A stretch of 64,000 bases of DNA from an uncultured Prochlorococcus sp. (GTDB lineage: Bacteria; Cyanobacteriota; Cyanobacteriia; PCC-6307; Cyanobiaceae): assembly GCA_902572075.1 (NCBI GenBank), contig CACGER010000005.1:5590-69589 (forward strand). The letters are read 5' to 3'. The stretch's first letter is position 1, and each line of letters begins with the position of its first letter. Of this stretch, positions 31,314 through 41,230 are shown piece by piece. The position numbers and the translations under genes were made by a program. The notes beneath the pieces are model-generated. The model made no database searches. It was not told the DNA's origin and was given only the letters and a program-made list of their open reading frames with translations.

Positions 31314-32284
31314 GAATTGATACCAACCATTTGAGAATTTAGGGAGTGATTTAGACCTTTTTTGTTAAAAGGATTTCTAAAAATTAATGTTGTTAATATC
31401 GCAATAAATAAAGAGGCGTTAAGTTGATGACCGATAATAAAAATAGGTTCATTCAAATTTGTTTTAAGACTTAAAACACCTAAAGCAATTTGGGAAAACA
31501 ATAGAAAAACCAGTGCTGAGAGATATTTCCAATTTTCATTTAGCAAACTTCTCTTATAAATTGCAGTAGCAATAATCAATAGAATTGAAAAAGCAATTGG
31601 AAAAGCAAATAATTTATGAGTATTTAGAATTAGACATTGTTTATTAAAAGATAAACAGATATGTGCTGACCAGGTTGATGAAAGCCTTGCTCCAACAAAA
31701 GATTGAATAAGAGTAAGCAAAAGAGGGAAAAACAATAAAAATCTCCACCAAATTAATGGCTCTTCCATATCATCATTTTCTAAATTTTGATTTATTGAAA
31801 TTGTTGTGATGAGAAGTAGAAAAGCTATTAATAGATGGCCAGAAACAGTATATGAATCAAGCAAGTTTATTACTGTTAAAGCTCCAAAAGATCCTTGGAC
31901 AATAACGAGAAAAAGTAATAGTGAATAAGTTTTAGGTAACCAATTTGGAATTTCATTTTTCCAAATAATTGAAAGGGCAAATTTAAAAAGAATTAATATT
32001 CCAACCAGAAAAGCATCTAGACGATGAAACCACTCTAGAAATACTCTTAGGTTCATATGATTAAAAGGCAAAAAAGATCCATAACATAATGGCCAATCTG
32101 GACAGGCAAGTCCAGCCTCCATGACTCTAGTAGCACCTCCAATTACTATTAGTGCGATGAGTGCTAGTACACTATGACTTCCCAACCTTTTAAAAATTGT
32201 TAGATATTTTGATTTATATAATTGGTTATTAATCAAATGGATAAAACCTATTATTTTGCATAATAAATTAGATTTAAAAACCAA
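31310..32284 (-). CDS. ctaA: Heme A synthase (COX15/CtaA)
   Basis: GG.TR...[17 protein letters not shown] and conserved His residues; true start probably somewhat downstream of the ORF start. Confidence 0.92.
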   Translation of the reverse strand: MVFKSNLLCKIIGFIHLINNQLYKSKYLTIFKRLGSHSVLALIALIVIGGATRVMEAGLACPDWPLCYGSFLPFNHMNLRVFLEWFHRLDAFLVGILILFKFALSIIWKNEIPNWLPKTYSLLLFLVIVQGSFGALTVINLLDSYTVSGHLLIAFLLLITTISINQNLENDDMEEPLIWWRFLLFFPLLLTLIQSFVGARLSSTWSAHICLSFNKQCLILNTHKLFAFPIAFSILLIIATAIYKRSLLNENWKYLSALVFLLFSQIALGVLSLKTNLNEPIFIIGHQLNASLFIAILTTLIFRNPFNKKGLNHSLNSQMVGINS

Positions 32285-32499
32285 ACATTAATTAAAAATT
32301 AATATGTTAAATTTAAAAAATAATTTACTAATTTAATCTTTTTTCCCTGACAATTAACTCTAAAAAGTTATTAATAATACCCCTTTTATTTCATAAATCT
32401 TAAGAAGTTGTGAATTTAAATGTTTTTCTTTTAACAAAGGATGCAGGATTAAAAAAATTGAATATCTTGAGGATATAAATTCAAATTTTTAGAGATCAC

Positions 32500-33303
32500 T
32501 TGTTAAATAAATACTTTTATTTAATACTAATTATTTCACTTGTTTTTGCTATATCTTTTTGGATTGGTTTTAATGTAAATTTGCTCCCAGCTGAAGCAAG
32601 TATTAATGCACCAATTTATGATGAACTCTTTAAAATTCTTTTCATCATTGGATTAATCATTTTTATAGGAATGACAATAGCTGTTATCTATAGCTTATTT
32701 AAGTTTAGAAAAAGAAATGATCAGATAGGCGATGGCATAGCTCTAGAGGGAAATTTAAGCTTAGAAATTGTATGGACAATTATCCCTTCAATAATTGTTT
32801 TATTAATAGGTTTATACAGCTACAACATCTACGATCGAATGGGAGGGATGAAAGACCTAAATCATAACCACGAAATGATGAGTTCTAATACTGAAAAAAT
32901 TTGGGCTGGAATAAGTCAAACCTCTGACAATGAAATAGCAATAAATAATTTATCAATTGAAGTTTCAGCTATGCAATTTGCATTTCTATTCAATTATCCC
33001 AAGGGCAATTTCATATCAGGAGAACTACACGTTCCTGTTGATCAAAAAGTATCAATGAAAATGGAATCCAAAGATGTGATACATGCTTTTTGGGTACCAG
33101 AGTTCAGAATTAAACAGGATATTATTCCTGGACAACCAACTATTCTAAATTTTACTCCAACAAAAGTAGGAAAATATCCGATAATTTGCGCAGAATTATG
33201 TGGTCCATATCATGGAGGAATGAGAGCCTCAATAATTGTTGAAGAAGAATCTGATTACAACGAATGGTTTAACAAAAATAAAAAACCAGAGGTAAATTTA
33301 TGA
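32500..33303 (+). CDS. ctaC: Cytochrome c oxidase subunit II
   Basis: LEIVWTIIP, DVIHAFWVP, CAELCGPYH..M CuA site. Confidence 0.96.
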   Translation: MLNKYFYLILIISLVFAISFWIGFNVNLLPAEASINAPIYDELFKILFIIGLIIFIGMTIAVIYSLFKFRKRNDQIGDGIALEGNLSLEIVWTIIPSIIVLLIGLYSYNIYDRMGGMKDLNHNHEMMSSNTEKIWAGISQTSDNEIAINNLSIEVSAMQFAFLFNYPKGNFISGELHVPVDQKVSMKMESKDVIHAFWVPEFRIKQDIIPGQPTILNFTPTKVGKYPIICAELCGPYHGGMRASIIVEEESDYNEWFNKNKKPEVNL

Positions 33304-34925
33304 CAATATCAATAGATCCACAAAAAACTAATAATGAAAGTCTTCAACCTAAAGGCTGGCTTAGATACTTTAGTTTTAGCCTTGATCATAAAGTAATTGG
33401 GATACAATACTTAGTCTGCGGTTTTCTTTTCTATTTAATAGGAGGGACCTTAGCTAGCGCTATAAGAATTGAACTAGCTAGTCCGATGTCTGACTTTATG
33501 CCGAGAGATGTATATAACCAAGTTTTAACCCTACATGGAACAATAATGATTTTCCTATGGATAGTGCCTGTAGTTAACGGTGCTTTTGGAAATTATTTAA
33601 TTCCATTTTATGTAGGTGCTAGAGATATGGCATTCCCAAGATTAAATGCCGTAGCTTTTTGGTTAATTCCTCCTTCAGGTTTGATGCTGGTAGCAAGCTA
33701 TTTTGTTGAGGGTGCTGCTCAGGCTGGATGGACGGCTTATCCTCCTTTGAGCATAACTACTCCTCAATCAGGACAAATTATTTGGATTCTGAGCGTTCTA
33801 TTACTTGGAGGCAGTTCTATATTTGGTGGCATAAACTTTATCGCGACCATTATCAAATTAAGAAGGCCAGGATTAAAACTTATGCAATTGCCAATGTATT
33901 GTTGGGCAATGCTAGGGACAAGTCTATTAGTTGTTTTGTCAACTCCTGTTTTAGCAGGAACTTTAATTCTACTTAGCTTCGATATCATCGCTAATACAGG
34001 CTTTTTCAATCCTGTTTTAGGTGGCAATGTCGTAGTTTATCAGCATTTATTTTGGTTTTATTCTCATCCAGCTGTATACATTATGGTCCTTCCTGCCTTT
34101 GGTTTAGTTAGTGAAATACTTCCTGTACATGCTAGAAAACCACTTTTTGGATATACAACAATGGTTTTTTCAATAATGGGGATAGTAGTTTTAGGTTTAG
34201 TTGTTTGGGCGCATCACATGTTTACGAGTGGAACGCCCCCTTGGATGAGATTGTTCTTTACTATTGCCACAGCATTTATTGCTGTTCCGACGGGTATAAA
34301 ATTTTTCAATTGGGTTGCAACATTATGGGGAGGTAAAATTTCTATCAATAGTGCAATGTTATTCTCTTGTGGATTTATTATAAATTTTGTTTTTGGAGGT
34401 ATTACAGGAGTTGCTTTGGCACAGGTACCTTTCGATATTCACGTACATGATACCTATTTCGTTGTAGCCCATTTTCATTACATAGTTTATGGAGGGACTG
34501 TCTTTATTATTTTCTCTTCAATTTATCATTGGTTCCCTAAAGTAACTGGAAAAATGTTTAATGAAAAATTAGGAATTTTACACTTTATAATTACTTTTAT
34601 TGGATTTAACTTGTGCTTTGCTCCTCAACATTGGCTTGGTTTAAATGGAATGCCAAGAAGAGTTGCAGAATATGATCCTCAATTCCAGTTCGTTAATCAA
34701 ATTAGTAGCCTTGGGGCTCTTTTGATGGCTATTAGTACGATTCCTTTTTTAATTAATGTATTCGTTAGTGTGAGAAATGGAAAAGATGCTGGAGATAACC
34801 CTTGGAATGCTCTTACACCTGAATGGTTAACATCTTCTCCCCCTCCAGTTGAAAATTGGGAAGGAGAAGCCCCACTAGTTCAAGAACCTTATGGTTATGG
34901 TGAAGAAATTTCTGAACAAAAATAA
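33300..34925 (+). CDS. ctaD: Cytochrome c oxidase subunit I
   Basis: DHK.IG, HGTIM, WFYSHPAVY, WAHHMF, AHFHY. Confidence 0.98.
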   Translation: MTISIDPQKTNNESLQPKGWLRYFSFSLDHKVIGIQYLVCGFLFYLIGGTLASAIRIELASPMSDFMPRDVYNQVLTLHGTIMIFLWIVPVVNGAFGNYLIPFYVGARDMAFPRLNAVAFWLIPPSGLMLVASYFVEGAAQAGWTAYPPLSITTPQSGQIIWILSVLLLGGSSIFGGINFIATIIKLRRPGLKLMQLPMYCWAMLGTSLLVVLSTPVLAGTLILLSFDIIANTGFFNPVLGGNVVVYQHLFWFYSHPAVYIMVLPAFGLVSEILPVHARKPLFGYTTMVFSIMGIVVLGLVVWAHHMFTSGTPPWMRLFFTIATAFIAVPTGIKFFNWVATLWGGKISINSAMLFSCGFIINFVFGGITGVALAQVPFDIHVHDTYFVVAHFHYIVYGGTVFIIFSSIYHWFPKVTGKMFNEKLGILHFIITFIGFNLCFAPQHWLGLNGMPRRVAEYDPQFQFVNQISSLGALLMAISTIPFLINVFVSVRNGKDAGDNPWNALTPEWLTSSPPPVENWEGEAPLVQEPYGYGEEISEQK

Positions 34926-34931
34926 ACACAT

Positions 34932-35534
34932 ATGACAACACTAGATAGCTCAAACGAAATTCAAAAAAATAATTCTGAAGTTGATGAATCACATGAAGAC
35001 TTCAGAATGTTTGGTCTTATAACTTTCCTAATTGCGGACGGAATGACTTTTGCTGGATTCTTTGCTGCTTATTTAACTTATAAGGCAGTAAATCCATTAC
35101 CTGATGGTGCTATTTATGAATTAGAACTACCAATACCTACACTCAATACAATTTTGTTACTTGTTAGTAGTGCAACTTTCCATAAAGCAGGCAAAGCACT
35201 TTTAAAAGATAAAAACTCTGATTCCCAAAAATGGTTATGTTTTACTGCTTTTCTTGGAATTATATTTTTAATATGTCAATTATTTGAATATTTTCATTTA
35301 CCTTTTGGATTAACCGATAATTTATTTGCAAGTACTTTTTATGCTCTTACTGGTTTTCATGGATTACATGTCACTTTAGGCACTCTAATGATTTTAATTA
35401 TTGCTTGGCAATCGAGAATCGATGGCGGAAGATTAAGTAGTCAAAATATGTTCCCATTGGAGGCTGTTGAATTGTACTGGCATTTTGTTGATGGAATATG
35501 GGTTATTTTATTTATTATCTTGTATCTTTTATAA
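34932..35534 (+). CDS. ctaE: Cytochrome c oxidase subunit III
   Basis: NT..LL.SS, TGFHGLHV, YWHFVDGIW. Confidence 0.96.
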   Translation: MTTLDSSNEIQKNNSEVDESHEDFRMFGLITFLIADGMTFAGFFAAYLTYKAVNPLPDGAIYELELPIPTLNTILLLVSSATFHKAGKALLKDKNSDSQKWLCFTAFLGIIFLICQLFEYFHLPFGLTDNLFASTFYALTGFHGLHVTLGTLMILIIAWQSRIDGGRLSSQNMFPLEAVELYWHFVDGIWVILFIILYLL

Positions 35535-35631
35535 AAAACTAAATTTAAAAAATTAAATATATTTTTTATTAATTTATATTGCCACAGTTCTCCTTTTTAG
35601 TAAGAATATATAATTAGAAATTTGTCAGATA

Positions 35632-35985
35632 ATGCTAGAAGGAAAAGAACTTCTTGAAAAAACAAAACTATTAAGTAAAAAATCTGAAGATGAAATAGCA
35701 AAATGTTGTGGATACGTAGGTCCAAGCGGAAGAATCTTAAGAAAGAGTTTTTATAGAGCGCTTATCGAAGCTAAGGGTTACAAAATAGGAAATGGTCGTC
35801 AGGGGAAAAATGGTAATAGAGCTTCAAGAGGCAGACAGACAGAATTCAAAACTAAAGTTCATGGCAATGGCAACCTTTTAATTGGTCATGCCTACACCAA
35901 AAAATTAGGTCTAGAACCTGGTCAAGAATTTAAAATCGATCTAAAAAAAGAATCAAAAACAATTTATCTAATTCCATTAAATTAA
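35632..35985 (+). CDS. Cyanobacterial AbrB-like transcriptional regulator
   Basis: L.G.ELL, CGY, FY.AL.EAKG, VHGNGNLLIG.AYT..LGL.PG.EF pattern. Confidence 0.88.
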   Translation: MLEGKELLEKTKLLSKKSEDEIAKCCGYVGPSGRILRKSFYRALIEAKGYKIGNGRQGKNGNRASRGRQTEFKTKVHGNGNLLIGHAYTKKLGLEPGQEFKIDLKKESKTIYLIPLN

Positions 35986-35995
35986 AAAATATATT

Positions 35996-36649
35996 TTACC
36001 AACCATTTTCTTTAAGCCACTCCGAAGAAATAATATTAGAAGTAGAATCATGATTGCTATTTTTATTAAATAAAAGTAATTTCTCTACATATTTAATTAA
36101 TGCATCTGCCTCAAGGTTTACGCTTTCTCCGACATTTAATTTATTCAGATTTGTGTTATCCCAAGTATGAGGAATAATAGCAATAGTAAATATTTCTCCT
36201 TCTTTCTCATATTTTGCAATTGTAAGACTTATACCATTTACACAAATACTGCCTTTATTAACTATGTATTTCGAAAAATTATTATTTTTCCACTTTATAG
36301 ATAAAAGCCAGGATTTCTCTAATTTTTCTATATTCTCAACTATTCCAAGACCATCAACATGACCACTTACTATATGCCCTCCTAGACGGTCAGACACCCG
36401 AAGAGCGGGCTCCAAATTAACAATCTGATTCAGGTTCGACTTTACTCCTAAAGTTGTTTTTTTTAATGTTTCCTCGCTAACATCGACAGTAAATTTATTT
36501 TGAAAAATCTCTTTAACTGTCAAACAAATACCATCAACAGCTATGCTGTCACCTATTGCCATATCAAAAGGATTATCTAGAATTTCAATTTCTAAAATAT
36601 TTTTTTCTTGTTTTAGTTTTCCAATTGATTGAATTATTCCTGTGAACAT
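35996..36649 (-). CDS. ribC: Riboflavin synthase alpha chain
   Basis: MFTGII, GDSIAVDGICLT, GGHIVSGHVD, KGSI.VNG.SLT. Confidence 0.96.
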   Translation of the reverse strand: MFTGIIQSIGKLKQEKNILEIEILDNPFDMAIGDSIAVDGICLTVKEIFQNKFTVDVSEETLKKTTLGVKSNLNQIVNLEPALRVSDRLGGHIVSGHVDGLGIVENIEKLEKSWLLSIKWKNNNFSKYIVNKGSICVNGISLTIAKYEKEGEIFTIAIIPHTWDNTNLNKLNVGESVNLEADALIKYVEKLLLFNKNSNHDSTSNIISSEWLKENGW

Positions 36650-36761
36650 AGATTTAAGAAAAATATTTTTGCAAAATTTTGTATTTAATTTAATCTACTT
36701 TAAATCATTTTCAACTATAAATAAATTAAAGAGTAAATAACAAGAAATTGATCATATTTAG

Positions 36762-37904
36762 ATGATTATTCATTCACAAAAAAGATCATTTGGTAGAGGA
36801 GCGCAAGTAAGCTTATTCACTTTAGGGACGATGCGAGCGGTTGAAAGTCTCGAAAAAATGTATAACATTATAAAAAATGCATATTATGTAGGAATTAATC
36901 ATATTGAAACAGCACCTTCTTATGGTGATGCTGAATCACTTATTGGAAAGTCATTAAAAAAACTAGCAATAGAAGAGGATATAAAAGAAAAAAATTGGGT
37001 GATTACTTCCAAAGTTTTACCAAGGGGTGATTTTGACTTTTTAAAAAATAATTTTAAAAGGTCTCTTGAAAATTTAAATCGCAAGAAAATTAATAATCTT
37101 GCAATTCACGGACTCAACTTAAGACAACATCTAGATTGGGTTCTGGCTGGGGAGGGTAAGAAATTCATATCATGGATACTTGAGAAAGAACTAGTTGATC
37201 AAGTTGGTTTTAGTTCACACGGAAGTTATTCACTAATTAAAGAAGCAATTAATTGTAAAGTTTTTAGTTTTTGTAGTCTACATTTACATTATTTAGATCA
37301 ATCTAAAATTACTTTGGCAGAGGAAGCTATTAAAAAAGGCATGGGAGTATTAGCAATATCGCCTGCTGATAAAGGCGGTAGACTATATTCCCCAAGTGAT
37401 ATTTTGTTAGAGGCCTCCAAGCCTTTTCATCCATTAGAATTAGCGTATCGATTCTTATTGGCAAAAGGCATTACGACTTTGTCACTGGGGGCGACAAACA
37501 AAAAAGATTTTGAATTTGCGCATAAACTTAGAAACTCATTCGAAAAGCTTACAAAACTTGAAAAAAGCGCTTTGAATAAAATTGAGGAAGTCGCTAGTGA
37601 AAGATTAAACTCAACCAAATGTGAACAATGTAGATCTTGTCTTCCATGTCCAAATGAAGTACCTATTCCAGAAATACTTCGTTTAAGAAATATATCCATT
37701 GGTTATGGCCAACTAGAATTTTCAAAAGAAAGATACAATTTAATAGGAAAAGCTGGCCACTGGTGGGAAGAAAAAAATTCCTCATTTTGTCAAGAATGTA
37801 ATGAATGTGTTCCTAAATGTCCTAGTAAATTAGATATACCGAATTTATTAAAGGAAACTCATACCTTATTAATTGAAAATCCTACAAAAAGATTATGGGG
37901 ATAA
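36762..37904 (+). CDS. Aldo/keto reductase with C-terminal 4Fe-4S domain
   Basis: LGTMR, HIETAP.YG, CEQCRSCLPCP and CQECNECVPKCP. Confidence 0.88.
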   Translation: MIIHSQKRSFGRGAQVSLFTLGTMRAVESLEKMYNIIKNAYYVGINHIETAPSYGDAESLIGKSLKKLAIEEDIKEKNWVITSKVLPRGDFDFLKNNFKRSLENLNRKKINNLAIHGLNLRQHLDWVLAGEGKKFISWILEKELVDQVGFSSHGSYSLIKEAINCKVFSFCSLHLHYLDQSKITLAEEAIKKGMGVLAISPADKGGRLYSPSDILLEASKPFHPLELAYRFLLAKGITTLSLGATNKKDFEFAHKLRNSFEKLTKLEKSALNKIEEVASERLNSTKCEQCRSCLPCPNEVPIPEILRLRNISIGYGQLEFSKERYNLIGKAGHWWEEKNSSFCQECNECVPKCPSKLDIPNLLKETHTLLIENPTKRLWG

Positions 37905-38891
37905 GGATTCATTCCAGAAATTTTTAAGATTAATTTTTTGTTCATTTGTTAGTAAAGGGAAAGACCAACTATTTTCCCAACATTTCTCAGAAGGTCCTGA
38001 GATGGAAAACATTTCAGGTTTATATTTACTTTGCAAATAATCACTATTGAATGGTAGATACCAACCCTGGCTTACTAATTTATCTACTGTTGATTTATTT
38101 TCTAGAGATTTAATCCATTTAATTAATATTCCATAATTTAGATTTGATCGACTAAGTAGAAAATGCCACATCAAAGGTACGCCTTGGCTTGGAAAAACTA
38201 AAGAAAGCCTTGGATCTATTTTTAAATATTTCGAACAAAGACTATAAGGAACTATTGCGACACTAGCATCAGAATTAATCAACCAATTGAGCATATTTTT
38301 ATCATCAAAAAACATTGCTTGGCTTTTGAGTTTTTTTAAAGAATTAGATGAATTAATCCTTTGAGCAATTGATAATATTATTCTGGGACTTTGTGGGAAA
38401 ATAATTTTCCCATTTAATTTTTTAGAAAGAAGAAAATCCCAAGAAGTTCTTGCGGAATTTATTAATTCTTTATTATTTTTAATGATAATTGTATAGGGTA
38501 CTACACCAATAGGAAATAATTTTCTTCTCTGAATTTGATTAAAACTTCCCAAAAAATCTATCGATCTCTTATCCAAATTTTCGAACAGTTCATATTCATT
38601 TATTTTTTCAAATTCTGCAAAATCTATACTAGAAATCCATCCATCATTTATTAAAGTAAAGTCAGAATTGAAAATTGTGTTTCTATTTTTTTGTAGCCGA
38701 AAATTTTCAAAATTAATTTTTTCCTGCTTCCAATCTTTTGGAATCGTATCTTTAAAAGATTCTGGATAAAAAGAATTTTGTAATGCAATTTTTACTTTAT
38801 TAGGAAGATTACTACAAGAGTTTAGGAAAAATAAAAGCGAAAGCTTACTACAATTTAAAAATTCTCTTCTGGTTGCAAATTTTGAAAACAT
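37893..38891 (-). CDS. ABC-type solute-binding lipoprotein (PotD/PotF-like fold), Tat signal
   Basis: TRREFL twin-arginine motif, LNSC lipobox, SWD.LL and FPSQG..W patterns of the SBP family. Confidence 0.7.
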   Translation of the reverse strand: MFSKFATRREFLNCSKLSLLFFLNSCSNLPNKVKIALQNSFYPESFKDTIPKDWKQEKINFENFRLQKNRNTIFNSDFTLINDGWISSIDFAEFEKINEYELFENLDKRSIDFLGSFNQIQRRKLFPIGVVPYTIIIKNNKELINSARTSWDFLLSKKLNGKIIFPQSPRIILSIAQRINSSNSLKKLKSQAMFFDDKNMLNWLINSDASVAIVPYSLCSKYLKIDPRLSLVFPSQGVPLMWHFLLSRSNLNYGILIKWIKSLENKSTVDKLVSQGWYLPFNSDYLQSKYKPEMFSISGPSEKCWENSWSFPLLTNEQKINLKNFWNESLSP

Positions 38892-40064
38892 TTAGCAATC
38901 CTTCTCTAAAGAAATTTGACCTAGGCCCTTCATCATTTCCAGATTTTGTTGACACAATGAAACTATTTCTTCATTTTTAAATCCATTTAAAAATGCAAGC
39001 AATGATATTCCACCAGCACCAACGCCTTCTTTTACATGACCTAATTCATAATCCCTCAATTCTTTGTATTTTGAAGATTTGAAATTTAAAGGACTGGTTA
39101 AACCTAATAATTTGACATCATATTTTTCATTAATTAGATTTACTAAATGGTTTAGAGAATTATCTTTTACAAGCCATCCAGTTGTCGCTATAAAAACATA
39201 TTCAATAAATTCATCTTTATTTTTTTCTTCTAAAAATTCTAATACTAGCAAAATGACTGCTAGCATCTGACTTCCTCCAGACAATATTACAGGTTGTTTT
39301 GCTAACCTGGCACCAATTAATAGACCCATTGAGAAAGCTTGGAAAGGATCACCTACCGCCGCGACAACATCAAAAGAGTCGAAATCAGCCTTTAAATTTG
39401 CATTGAAAAGTCCTCTTTTAACTACTTGTTTTTTCAGTTCTCTCGGAGCTTTAAATAAACTACTCCCTACTAAATTAGACACCTGCAAACCAAAAGCTTC
39501 CATTACTGCCTGAGCAGTTGTTGTGCCCCCCGGTACAGATTCAGAAATTAAAACTGGTTGATTTAGGGATTTTCCTGTCGCGAGACCTTTTTCATAGAGA
39601 TTTAAAACTCTCTCTTTAGTCATCGATTTACCAGTAGTAAGACAGTTTGATGGTCCTAAATCTCGATCTTTTACGACCAAATGATTAAAATAAGGGTTTG
39701 CTCCTATTCCCAGAGGAACAATCACTGGATCAATATTTATAAGCTTTGCACAAACATGACTTATTAGGGCTGGAGTTACTCCTGCATTGAGAAGAGGCAA
39801 TTTATATTTAGGATCTTTTAAAGCACCCTCAAGCAAAAATTCGGCGTCTGCAAGCGCAGTTTTTCGCCTTGATTTTGCATTAATACCTGCAGCGGAAATT
39901 CCTGGAATTTGAGATGTATTAGTGCCTGCAATTATAAGAAATATTTTGAAATTATTAATATTCTTTTTTAGTATTTCTATCTTATTAAAATGTCTTTTTT
40001 TATTGGATTCATTACCAAAAAAATTTATCCCTAATTCTGTACTAAACATATTTACTTTTTTCAA
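38892..40064 (-). CDS. cobT: Nicotinate-nucleotide-base phosphoribosyltransferase CobT (cyanobacterial/archaeal type)
   Basis: IPGISAAG, TPALIS, ESVPGGTTTA, GDP.Q, GGSQM, VKEGVGAGG. Confidence 0.9.
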   Translation of the reverse strand: MKKVNMFSTELGINFFGNESNKKRHFNKIEILKKNINNFKIFLIIAGTNTSQIPGISAAGINAKSRRKTALADAEFLLEGALKDPKYKLPLLNAGVTPALISHVCAKLINIDPVIVPLGIGANPYFNHLVVKDRDLGPSNCLTTGKSMTKERVLNLYEKGLATGKSLNQPVLISESVPGGTTTAQAVMEAFGLQVSNLVGSSLFKAPRELKKQVVKRGLFNANLKADFDSFDVVAAVGDPFQAFSMGLLIGARLAKQPVILSGGSQMLAVILLVLEFLEEKNKDEFIEYVFIATTGWLVKDNSLNHLVNLINEKYDVKLLGLTSPLNFKSSKYKELRDYELGHVKEGVGAGGISLLAFLNGFKNEEIVSLCQQNLEMMKGLGQISLEKDC

Positions 40065-40699
40065 TTATTTAAATCAACTAAGCTATTTAATAATCTTGGA
40101 GGATCAGGGATATTTAATTTAAATCTTGGAAACAGAGAATATGCAACTACATGTACCGTTAAAACATAAACTATTTCTTGAAAAATAATTAAAAAAATTG
40201 CACCTAATTGGATACTTATAATTGAGGGGGTAAAAGGTAAATTTAATAATCCAATAAACTTTTCTAGTAGACCATAACTTGCTCTAGTAATTAACACCCA
40301 AAGATTATCACCAACCAAAGTAGATAATGCTATAACTCTTAGGAAAAAGCCAAGGGTTCCAATAATAACTCCTATAGTTAGACTAAACCTCCAACTTTTT
40401 TCTCTAAACCAACACCAGCCCAACCAAAAAGCCAATATTCCATAAGGAAATAGAAATAAAGTTCCTCTAAAAGGACCCATAATAATAAATAAAAGTAGAA
40501 ATTGTATTAAAAGTCCTTCCAATGCAATTTTAGTACCTCTTCTCAAGTGCAATAAAATCATTGGGAGGGGCAAAATCAACCTTAATAAAGCTCCCCCAAT
40601 TGGCAAATAATATAATGCAACCCATAATAAAGACGAAAGAGATGCTAAATAAGAGGTCTCGACAATATTTAATGCTTCAGTTTTTGTTGTTATTTTCAT
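40061..40699 (-). CDS. DUF2232 (YybS-like) membrane protein
   Basis: Multi-TM protein with ET.YLA, LPLP....LRRG, MGP.RG; ATGA overlap with cobT. Confidence 0.75.
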   Translation of the reverse strand: MKITTKTEALNIVETSYLASLSSLLWVALYYLPIGGALLRLILPLPMILLHLRRGTKIALEGLLIQFLLLFIIMGPFRGTLFLFPYGILAFWLGWCWFREKSWRFSLTIGVIIGTLGFFLRVIALSTLVGDNLWVLITRASYGLLEKFIGLLNLPFTPSIISIQLGAIFLIIFQEIVYVLTVHVVAYSLFPRFKLNIPDPPRLLNSLVDLNN

Positions 40700-40719
40700 T
40701 TTTTGTTAAATTTTTTTAA

Positions 40720-41223
40720 TTAATTTTTATTCATAATTTTATTTTTTGAATCTAAGATACGCTCGATCTTTTCTATTTCAAAATTTACCTCAGAATTACT
40801 TAAAATGGAACTTAACTTTTCCGTGGGATCTTTTGGATCTACATCTTTTAAAATGAATATTATTTTGTAAGATTGAAGCTCAATTTTTCTTTTTTTTGAA
40901 GGATTCTTAACTTTTTTATTTTTTTTATCATCAAATTTTTTGTTTTCTTTTTCTAAATTCATATCGTTTTTATTTTTTGGAACATTTTTTAGCTTTTCTA
41001 CTTTTTTAATTTTTTTATTTTTTTTATCATCAAATTTTTTGTTTTCTTTTTCTAAATTTATATCGTTTTGATTTAATAAATTATTTTGTAAATCTTCAAT
41101 TTTGCTTGTTTTTTCTAGATCATTAAAACTACTTTCAAGAAAATTTCCAATCCTCCCTCCTGAGCATGATTGCAAGAAAATTAAAAAAATTAATAAAAAA
41201 AATTCTTTTTTTTTTAAAATCAT
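40720..41223 (-). CDS. Hypothetical lipoprotein with Lys/Asn-rich duplicated linker
   Basis: Signal peptide with LQSC lipobox; C-terminal SYKI...LK.VDP.DP.E...FEIEKIER domain. Confidence 0.7.
   Translation of the reverse strand: MILKKKEFFLLIFLIFLQSCSGGRIGNFLESSFNDLEKTSKIEDLQNNLLNQNDINLEKENKKFDDKKNKKIKKVEKLKNVPKNKNDMNLEKENKKFDDKKNKKVKNPSKKRKIELQSYKIIFILKDVDPKDPTEKLSSILSNSEVNFEIEKIERILDSKNKIMNKN
40912..41069. repeat. 59-bp direct repeat (1 mismatch), copies 99 bp apart
   Basis: 40912-40970 and 41011-41069; encodes ND(I/M)NLEKENKKFDDKKNKK twice. Confidence 0.9.
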
Positions 41224-41230
41224 ATTTTTT

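Noticed and set aside
27834-41069. Repeats as a possible CRISPR array
   Set aside because: All repeats are in-frame coding duplications with 2-3 copies, no array of unique spacers and no cas genes.
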